34,738 bases of DNA from a bacterium (GTDB taxonomy: Bacteria > Zhuqueibacterota > Zhuqueibacteria > Oceanimicrobiales > Oceanimicrobiaceae). The translations under genes and the position numbers were made by a program. Below are positions 28,701-34,738 of this stretch, one piece after another (positions within the stretch are counted from its first letter, which is position 1; every line of letters begins with the position of its first letter). Location: the NCBI GenBank assembly GCA_046757165.1, contig JBHHXT010000036.1, forward strand, positions 1 through 34,738. The letters run 5' to 3'. A model generated the notes under the pieces. That model saw only the letters and a list, made by a program, of their open reading frames with translations. It was not told where the DNA came from and made no database searches.

Positions 28701-28755
28701 AAACGGCTTTTCGTTGCAACAACCCGGGATTTATAGTCTCTCGACAAATCGATAG
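25738..28755 (+). CDS. Membrane-anchored CotH-family kinase fused to a right-handed parallel beta-helix domain (1005 aa)
   Basis: N-terminal basic stretch plus TM; KVRVRGD..KRSYRIKF, GLYYQVEHFDK, DWEKYL..NTNH..DNLRLYYDP..EPIPWD; EF-hand-like DQNDNGQLDAED; C-terminal repeats DGLNLK/DAVDIDF/DGLDIS/DKGFSVGE/IGISAKD. Confidence 0.8.
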   Translation: MLKLKNKKRVKKVLRRAHSPVRWIWPKMSDALIGIFCFFLIIFALLTYSTRLSEYTSKLVTGNKYLSLLDGFFNPFRNKHLLLKSGLPIYDLKIKHQRYAIIEDVIKKAKKQGWMSDDLKVWANAQFIHDGEMYNVKVRVRGDLPRHWSGPKRSYRIKFGKRKIIGVDGQVREEPIYFNRTRQINLIVPIDREFILAKFINELMQERGVLVPRDDFVILRINGVIQGLYYQVEHFDKPLMAFRRRPETTVFAQNDRAKHFEQYTKYGTPATSDANFEMGTLRRLIDRNGELGMQAMKVLFEFVQDPRPEKFRRARAVLDWEKYLTFRVITTLCNTNHVRFGTDNLRLYYDPSRGLLEPIPWDAHLLRMPKEPGTIDFWNNKGPDALQRATLLDPELRLQRNRILWSFIGDGGDSLMAKYTKLHDKIRPFAWADVLTTPIQGHKMDQHKKNFDYNVRRAFKVLNNSNCNFTYRLEAPDRAALEMNLLNFSGVEWQSVQLRDSLLFVGRYDLYEDQNDNGQLDAEDPLVATQNADHDWSIRFEIGKRVFPHLEYRGDFIAGRYWEFFDTKTKRARYFLVGKLAPENRHPIVWSPPEIAVAAKNLVTDYQIPSAFISQQQPLPDNMTGITAYDDSDPFDLDAQFYTREAFLAKHPPFVASKESEGVELRGAIEISESVIIPKGVPLLIRPGADITLKPGANILIYSGLTCIGTPQDRIRIHGDESGFPFGSVAVVRPQAKVVVRYTDFSDGGQAQINGILFTGGFAVHEGDLELEHCTFDKMQSEDGLNLKNGHIVMRHCRFTANDSDAVDIDFGTGIVENCEFRNIHGDGLDISGSTLQVSSCVFENVVDKGFSVGENSSPTIINSLFKGCDIGISAKDLSFVRAANCTFVENRLAIEAKRKKPMFGGGSGEVVNCVFSGNQELLTEDYFSKGRMIIKSSLSDVTTDWEASRTAKIQFLAPEQNNYVLHSQSMPSDGFAMTYPEWLSGQGNGFSLQQPGIYSLSTNR

Positions 28756-28836
28756 AGCATCGTAAGATCGACAACCTGTAAACGGATTTGACGAATTTCC
28801 CTCGCGGGTGATCATTCATTGAGGCGGGAGAACGCT

Positions 28837-30117
28837 ATGAACAATATCAAGAGCGGTGGGAGCAAACCTTATGCAGTCGTGGTCGGTTTAGATTGCATGA
28901 CCGGTTTGCAGACGGTTCGGATTCTGGCACAGCACGGCGTGTCGGTTATCGCCATCGCCAAAAACCCGAACCACTTCACGTGTTACACCAAAGTTTGCGA
29001 GAAGATTCTCATTGCTGACACCTCCAGCGACGAGTTCATAGAAACCCTGGAGGGTCTGTCCGCGACGCTTGACAGCAAGGCGGTTCTGTTTCCCTGCACG
29101 GACATGAGCGTTCTTCAGATCTCGCGCAGCCGCGAACGGCTGGCACAGGGCTACCACATCGCGCTTCCGGAGTCCGGAGTGGTCGAGATGCTCATGGACA
29201 AGATCGCGTTCATCAAGTTTGCGAAAAATGAAGGGCTGCCCATTCCGACGACCTTCTTTCTCGAAAAACGGCAGGATTTGGAAGAAGCCGCCGACCAGCT
29301 CTCCTACCCGTGCATCTTGAAGCCGCCGATGAAATCACCGCGGTGGGAGAAGAATACGAAGAAGAAAGTCTACAAAATTACGGACAAAGCCGACCTCTTC
29401 CAGACTTATGATATGTGCTCAGAGTGGGCGGATATTCTGATGGTACAGGACTGCGTGCAAGGCACGGACGCCAATTTGTATTCCTGCAACTGCTATTTCG
29501 ACCGGAATGTCGAGCCCCTGGTGAGCTTCATTGCGCGCAAATTGCGCCAGTGGCCGCCCGAGATTGGCACGAGCTGTCTGGGAGAGGAAGTGTTCAATGA
29601 TGTTGTGCTGGAAACAAGCCTGGCGCTCTTCCGCAAAGTCGGGTATCACGGGCTTGGCTACGTTGAAATGAAAAAAGACCAGCGCACCGGCAAGCATTTC
29701 ATCATCGAGCCGAACATCGGACGGCCGACAGGCCGTTCTGCGATTGCGGAAGCGGGGGGCGTGGAACTGCTCTACACCAAGTACTGTGACCTGGTTGGCT
29801 TGCCCCTGCCCGAAAACCGGGTGCAGAGGTACACGGGGGTCAAATGGATCTACCTGCGCCGTGATCTGCAGTCGGCCTATTTCTACTGGCGGCGAGGTGA
29901 TTTGAGCCTGCTGGACTGGTGGCGCACGCTGCGTGGCCGCAAAGGGTACGCGGTGTTCTCCATCTCAGACCCGGTGCCCTTCCTGGCTGACTTTTTCAAC
30001 AAGCTTGCAGACCGGTTTTTTTCACGCAAGACAGCGACCGTGCCCGGGGCAGCAAGAAGCGCGACGCAATCTCCGCCAGCTAAGCAGGAAGAAGAAAAAT
30101 CCGAGGCGGCTGTATGA
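28837..30117 (+). CDS. ATP-grasp carboxylate-amine ligase (D-aspartate-ligase-like)
   Basis: LFPCTD, LMDKIAF..LPIPTT, YPCILKP, RKLRQWP..G, GYVEMKKD..GKHFIIEPN (ExN motif), SISDPVPF. ATG 28837 follows gggag. Confidence 0.85.
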   Translation: MNNIKSGGSKPYAVVVGLDCMTGLQTVRILAQHGVSVIAIAKNPNHFTCYTKVCEKILIADTSSDEFIETLEGLSATLDSKAVLFPCTDMSVLQISRSRERLAQGYHIALPESGVVEMLMDKIAFIKFAKNEGLPIPTTFFLEKRQDLEEAADQLSYPCILKPPMKSPRWEKNTKKKVYKITDKADLFQTYDMCSEWADILMVQDCVQGTDANLYSCNCYFDRNVEPLVSFIARKLRQWPPEIGTSCLGEEVFNDVVLETSLALFRKVGYHGLGYVEMKKDQRTGKHFIIEPNIGRPTGRSAIAEAGGVELLYTKYCDLVGLPLPENRVQRYTGVKWIYLRRDLQSAYFYWRRGDLSLLDWWRTLRGRKGYAVFSISDPVPFLADFFNKLADRFFSRKTATVPGAARSATQSPPAKQEEEKSEAAV

Positions 30118-31319
30118 GCAAACGCAACGAATCCCGGCGTGAGCTACGCGCCACCGATGCGATTATCGAGTATGACATCCATGGCCTGGTCGGTATTCGA
30201 CTGGTGAACCCCACCGAAAAAGATGCGGCTGCGGTCGCACGGCAGCTTGGACCCTTGCGTGGCGATCTGGTGCGTGAGCCGGACATCATCGTGCGCTTTG
30301 TGCGGCACCTGCCGCTCGACGATCTGCATTATCTGGGCCTGAACAAAGTCGGGTATGATCAGAACGGATTCTACATCCTGCGCAGCAGCAAGAAAGATGT
30401 GCGCGTGAGACTCGCTTTTGATCAGATCGGGGAAAGGGTGGAGATCCTCTGTCAAAGTGGAGTGAAATCCGTGCCGCACTTGCTGGCCATTCTCAACCTG
30501 ATGCTTTTGAAAAAGGACGTGGTTGCTTTGCATGCTTCTGCCTTCGTTTTTGACGGCACCGGCATCATCGTCACCGGTTGGGCAAAGGGCGGCAAGACCG
30601 AGGCGCTGCTCTCCTTTGCCGCGCACGGTGGAGAGTACGTCGGCGATGAGTGGATCTACCTGAGTGCGGACGGCGAAAGGATGTACGGCATCCCGGAGAA
30701 CATCCGGCTCTGGGACTGGCATCTGGACAACCTGCCCCATTTGAAAGGTAAGCTCAATTTCGAGAAGAAAGCGCTGTTTGGCACCGTCCACGCGCTGGAC
30801 CGGATGCAGAGACGGCTGCCAGAAGCGGGCCTGGGCAACGCGATGCCGCTGAAATTTCTGCGCGAAGCCATGCCAGCACTCCGGCGGCAGCTCAACGTGC
30901 AATTGCCGCCACAGGTGATCTTTGAAAAATGTTCAGAAACATTTTCTGCCCGGCCAGACAGGGTGTTTATGCTCATCAGCCACGCAGGCCCCGAGTATTC
31001 TGTCGAGCCGGTCGAGGCGAGCGAAATTGCCCGGCGCATGATTGCGTCGCTGCAGTTCGAGCTCATGCCCTTCATGGAAAGCTACACCGCCTTCAAGTTT
31101 GCCTTTCCTGAGAAGGCGAGCGAGTTTGTGGAAACCGCACACGAGTGGCAATCCGAGATTCTTTCCCGTGCGCTGGAAAACAAACAAGCCTACGTGGTCA
31201 AGCACCCCTACCCCCTATCATTCGAGGCCTTGTATGATGCGATGCGCCCGTTTTGCCAGGTGCGGTCAAATGGCACTGCGGCAGAAGATACGCAGAATCA
31301 ACGGCTTGTTGCTAATTAG
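30114..31319 (+). CDS. HPr-kinase-like P-loop NTPase/kinase of unknown substrate
   Basis: LHASAF..GIIVTGWAKGGKT (Walker A), YVGDEW at the twin-acidic position; ATGA overlap with the ATP-grasp gene. Confidence 0.65.
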   Translation: MSKRNESRRELRATDAIIEYDIHGLVGIRLVNPTEKDAAAVARQLGPLRGDLVREPDIIVRFVRHLPLDDLHYLGLNKVGYDQNGFYILRSSKKDVRVRLAFDQIGERVEILCQSGVKSVPHLLAILNLMLLKKDVVALHASAFVFDGTGIIVTGWAKGGKTEALLSFAAHGGEYVGDEWIYLSADGERMYGIPENIRLWDWHLDNLPHLKGKLNFEKKALFGTVHALDRMQRRLPEAGLGNAMPLKFLREAMPALRRQLNVQLPPQVIFEKCSETFSARPDRVFMLISHAGPEYSVEPVEASEIARRMIASLQFELMPFMESYTAFKFAFPEKASEFVETAHEWQSEILSRALENKQAYVVKHPYPLSFEALYDAMRPFCQVRSNGTAAEDTQNQRLVAN

Positions 31320-31437
31320 TTATTATTTCCCAGGACTGAGAATTAAGAACATCCAGTCAAATACGAACTGTGCACTTTTCGAGCTTCCGCTGCGAATCAA
31401 AACCTGAATCATCAGCGGGATTCAATCTGCGCACAAT

Positions 31438-32067
31438 ATGCATCGGAGATCTGCTTTGCAAAACTTTGATAACAACGGTATCTCTAGATTGGCTCAGGAA
31501 ATCGAGCTCAGCATCGCAACCAAGAAACGTGTGTTGCGAGACGGGATGTCGCGTATCCATGAAATCACTCTGATTGTAAGAACGGCATTGGAAAATGGCC
31601 ACAAGCTCTTGCTCTTTGGCAACGGTGGCAGCGCTGCGGACTCGCAACACATCGCCGCTGAGTTCGTCAGCAAGTTCAATATGGAACGCAATGCGCTTCC
31701 GGCCATTGCCTTGACGACGGACACATCGATTCTCACCGCGATTGCAAACGACTACGACTTCAAGTTTGTTTTCGCCCGGCAGATCGAGGCGTTAGGGCAG
31801 CCTGGCGATGTGGCTTTGGGGATTAGTACAAGCGGAAATTCACCCAACGTCATCAAGGGTGTCGAGACGGCGAAAGAAAAGGGGCTGACCACGGTCGGCT
31901 TCACAGGACAAAACGGCGGCAAGCTCAAGCATGCCGTCGACTACTGCTTTCGAGTGCCGTCGGACAGCACCCCTCGCATTCAGGAAGTTCACATCACCGT
32001 GGCCCACGCTATCTGCGGCGTGATCGAGAAAGAGCTCTGCTCGGAAGCGGTCACCACGTCCTTGTAA
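31438..32067 (+). CDS. gmhA: D-sedoheptulose-7-phosphate isomerase
   Basis: GNGGSAADSQHIAAEF, LTTDTSILTAIANDY, FARQIEALG, ISTSGNSPN, TPRIQEVHI. Confidence 0.95.
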   Translation: MHRRSALQNFDNNGISRLAQEIELSIATKKRVLRDGMSRIHEITLIVRTALENGHKLLLFGNGGSAADSQHIAAEFVSKFNMERNALPAIALTTDTSILTAIANDYDFKFVFARQIEALGQPGDVALGISTSGNSPNVIKGVETAKEKGLTTVGFTGQNGGKLKHAVDYCFRVPSDSTPRIQEVHITVAHAICGVIEKELCSEAVTTSL

Positions 32068-32114
32068 ACAAAGACCATAAAGAATACTTAAAGAATATAG
32101 CTTGAATACGCTGC

Positions 32115-33140
32115 ATGCCTCATAGTCACTCACTGAGAATGGCCGGTTTTACCACCTTATTGGTCTGTTTGACGTTATTTCTGCTCAGGTTGGTTGTCCA
32201 TCTCCCCAGGCAATCGCTCTTGCTGCTCACGGGCAGCTTCTTTCTGATAGCGATTCCGTTCTGGATGGCAAGATGGGGGAGAAGCGTGGGCCGCGCGCAG
32301 ATTGCGCAGGTTCTCTTGCTGTGGAGCCTCTTAACCGGAGTGTTCTTGTTTAGTGTCTACCGGGTGGACAGGGCCGGCTGGAACTGGTTCAGGCTGACCG
32401 GATATGACGTCACGCTGGCTGAGCATCACCCCCGGGCTGCCAACTTGTCGATCGAAGAGTTCATCCGACGGCATGAGATGTTTTCTGTTGCGCCGGATGG
32501 CAGCAACAGAGTTCTCCTGCCGAGAGGCGAACATGAGATTGACGCGACCATCGTCGTTCCGAAAGGCGTGAGGCTGGTTATCGAGCCCGGCGCCGTCTTG
32601 CGCTTTGGCGCGGGCTGTTCGTTGATTTCTTACAGCCCCATCAGCGCCATCGGCACGGCGCAGGAAGCCATCATTTTCACCGCAAAGCGCAAGTTGCTCA
32701 AGTGGGGCGTCGTCGGCGTGGTGCAAACTGAAAAGTCGTATTTTCATCGCGTTAGATTCGAGCACGCCCGAAGTGCCAGGGTGAACGGCATCATTTTTTT
32801 TGCCGGCCTTTCCGCTATTGAGACGGACATTGAAATTACCGATAGTCAGTTTATAGACATGTTCGGTAAAGATGCGGTGAATATCAGATATGCCGATGCC
32901 CTGGTGCGGGATAACTTGTTTGAGAATGCAACCAAAGACGGCATAGATATGGACGGCGGTACGGGTGAAATCAGCCGGAATGTGTTCATGAATTGCCAGG
33001 ACGAAGGCATCGACCTGAGCGAGAACTTCGCCATCAGGGTTTTTGACAACAAGATCCAGGACCGTCGAGGGGGCCGGATCGAGGCGGAAAACAACCTCTC
33101 GGAGATCAGGGCCGCGAATTCGTTCGGATATTTGCCTTAG
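32115..33140 (+). CDS. Membrane-anchored right-handed beta-helix protein, paralogous to the C-terminal domain of the CotH fusion
   Basis: About 3 N-terminal TMs; IVVPKGVRLVIEPGA, VNGIIFFAG, DAVNI, DGIDMDGGTG, EGIDLS align by eye with the CotH protein C-terminus. Confidence 0.75.
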   Translation: MPHSHSLRMAGFTTLLVCLTLFLLRLVVHLPRQSLLLLTGSFFLIAIPFWMARWGRSVGRAQIAQVLLLWSLLTGVFLFSVYRVDRAGWNWFRLTGYDVTLAEHHPRAANLSIEEFIRRHEMFSVAPDGSNRVLLPRGEHEIDATIVVPKGVRLVIEPGAVLRFGAGCSLISYSPISAIGTAQEAIIFTAKRKLLKWGVVGVVQTEKSYFHRVRFEHARSARVNGIIFFAGLSAIETDIEITDSQFIDMFGKDAVNIRYADALVRDNLFENATKDGIDMDGGTGEISRNVFMNCQDEGIDLSENFAIRVFDNKIQDRRGGRIEAENNLSEIRAANSFGYLP

Positions 33141-33192
33141 GCGCTTGGCGCTTGGTGCCGTGCTATCGACAATTTGTTGTCGATGAATTATT

Positions 33193-33275
33193 GTCATTTG
33201 CCCTGCGGGCGTCATTGAGCAAGCAAGGACCAAATGACGTCGTAGGGCAAATGACGGCGCGAAGCGCTAAATGAC
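33193..33275. repeat. Inverted repeat built from GTCATT / AAATGAC units
   Basis: gtcatttgccctgcgggcgtcattg (33193-33217) versus caaatgacgtcgtagggcaaatgac (33231-33255); a third AAATGAC ends at 33275. Confidence 0.6.
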
Positions 33276-33304
33276 TTTTTTCGCAGCGAAGTCTGCGAAA
33301 AAAA
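33276..33304. terminator. Hairpin with T-run 5' and A-run 3' (terminator-like)
   Basis: ttttttcgcag-cgaagt-ctgcgaaaaaaa; the T- and A-runs are part of the stem, so it lacks a 3' U-tract on either strand. Confidence 0.35.
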
Positions 33305-33338
33305 TTAGACTACTTAGATGACGGGAAGGGTTTCAATT

Positions 33339-34547
33339 ATGCGTATTTTGTACGTCATAGCTGCATTACAACATCCCAAAATCAGGGGCGCAACACGACA
33401 TTACCATTTCGTGCGTGAGCTGTCAAAGCATCACGATATCACGCTGCTATCTCTGGTCCGCTCCAGTGTCGAACCGGAGGCGATCAGCGATATCCAGTCA
33501 TTCACAGAGAATCTTCTGACCTTCAACATTAATGGTGAATCCAGCTCCGCTCTGGCTGACAAAGTCGCCAGGCTGCCTCTGGTCGGGAGTTACCTGGAAA
33601 AGAGTTTGAAGCTGGCGCGTGGGGTCAACCAGATGAAAGAGGCGTTCCTGAACCTGGCAAAACGCGAACGGTTCGATCTCGTGCTTTTTCACGGCAAATC
33701 CATTTTTTCTGTGATTGAAAAGTGGAGCGGGTTGCCGATTGTTACCGATTTCTGCGATGCCACCTCTTTGCGCATTCGAACCAGCATGCGCTTTCACAGC
33801 GTGGTGAAACGCCCGTACTATTTTTTCAAATGGTTGAGCGTGCGCCGGCTCGAGCGGAAGATGGTGCGCAAGACGCCGCATGTGGCGTTCATCTCGAAGC
33901 GGGACCGGGAAGCTGTGCTGGGACCCGGAGACTGTTCAACCCTTGTCCCGCTTGGCGTTGACCATGAGTTCTGGAACAGAAGGGTCGACCACGCAGATTC
34001 CCGTTCCGTGGTGTTTACCGGTGTCATGGACTATGCCCCGAATCACGACGCCGCAATCCATCTGATAGAGAAAATTCTCCCGCCGTTGCGTGAGAAAATT
34101 CCCGGAGTCGAAATCGTTATCGTCGGCCGAAATCCAAAGGGCGTGCTTAGGCGTAAAGCGGAGCAGACCCCCGGCGTCACGGTCACCGGTTTTGTTGACG
34201 ACGTCCGCCCGTATCTGGAGAAGGCGGCAGTTTTTGCTGCGCCTATCCGTTTTGCATCAGGTTCTCAAAACAAGGTTCTGGAAGCCATGGCCATGAAGGT
34301 GCCGGTTGTCGCAACCCCAATCGTGTCGGATGGGTTGAGGATTGACGAGTACGGTGAACCGCCTCTACTCAAAGCGGCCGACGACGAGGCCTTTGTGGAA
34401 GCGTTGGGTGGATTGCTGGAGGACGAACAGGAACGAATGCGGCTCTCCGAGGCCGGCTACCGGTTTGTGGAGCAGTATTATGATTGGTCACATAGTGCTG
34501 CCAGATTGGAGCAAATCTGCCAGGCTGCCCTGACCGGTCAAGGTTAA
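33339..34547 (+). CDS. Glycosyltransferase family 4 (GT-B)
   Basis: MRILYV, VVFTGVMDYAPNHDA, VTGFVDDVRPYL, GSQNKVLEAMAMKVPVV, YDWS. Alternative start 33318. Confidence 0.92.
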   Translation: MRILYVIAALQHPKIRGATRHYHFVRELSKHHDITLLSLVRSSVEPEAISDIQSFTENLLTFNINGESSSALADKVARLPLVGSYLEKSLKLARGVNQMKEAFLNLAKRERFDLVLFHGKSIFSVIEKWSGLPIVTDFCDATSLRIRTSMRFHSVVKRPYYFFKWLSVRRLERKMVRKTPHVAFISKRDREAVLGPGDCSTLVPLGVDHEFWNRRVDHADSRSVVFTGVMDYAPNHDAAIHLIEKILPPLREKIPGVEIVIVGRNPKGVLRRKAEQTPGVTVTGFVDDVRPYLEKAAVFAAPIRFASGSQNKVLEAMAMKVPVVATPIVSDGLRIDEYGEPPLLKAADDEAFVEALGGLLEDEQERMRLSEAGYRFVEQYYDWSHSAARLEQICQAALTGQG

Positions 34548-34597
34548 CCATAGCAACATGAATCTAACCCAGCGCGGAAAAACAGCAAATGAATGGA

Positions 34598-34735
34598 ACA
34601 CGGATTTAACGGATAGAACGGATTTACACGGATTTGGTTTGGATGAAAGCCAAAAAAATCATGAGCCAATTACCTTCCACTGAACTTCGACACATTCCGT
34701 TAAGTCCAATCCGTTCCGATCCGTTAAATCCGTGT
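34598..34735. repeat. Inverted repeat of ~9-bp periodic ACGGAT / ATCCGT units
   Basis: acacggatttaacggatagaacggatttacacggattt ... aatccgttccgatccgttaaatccgtgt; a related half element lies at ~6229-6258 (atctgtg..atcagtg..atccgtg). Confidence 0.7.
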
Positions 34736-34738
34736 CAT

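Noticed and set aside
34598..34735. CRISPR array
   Set aside because: Units are ~9 bp, lack unique spacers, are arranged as inverted arms, and there are no cas genes.

Overview
Bacterial chromosomal window, diderm, roughly mid-50s % GC by eye. Gene style suggests an FCB-group/KSB1/Calditrichota-like organism (inference only). Four blocks. (1) 16-9146: three paralogous TonB-dependent receptors, one divergent and two in tandem, separated by spacers full of small palindromic REP/MITE-like elements. (2) 9394-14252: glyoxylate shunt aceB-aceA, divergent from an XRE/RamB-PrpR-like regulator, with two near-identical palindromic operator candidates between them. (3) 14262-15962 (minus): FAD and 2Fe-2S subunits of a xanthine/CO-dehydrogenase-type enzyme with degenerate motifs and no molybdopterin subunit, coupled to an orphan GroES-like gene. 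(4) 16498-34547, probably continuing past the window: a Wzc-type exopolysaccharide locus (SLBB export protein, Wzc, degenerate GGDEF protein, priming transferase, GT2, GT4, GmhA). It contains an unusual core: D-2-hydroxyacid dehydrogenase, a PEP mutase with a non-canonical EDN-X5-NS motif, a DUF4956 + VTC polyphosphate-polymerase domain + CotH-kinase/beta-helix module, an ATP-grasp ligase and an HPr-kinase-like P-loop protein. Best candidate for a novel system: a phosphonate- and/or phosphate-decorated surface polysaccharide made by a decarboxylase-independent route (probably phosphonolactate), plus a putative polyP-fuelled extracytoplasmic kinase module. All family calls come from motif recognition by eye; no searches were run.
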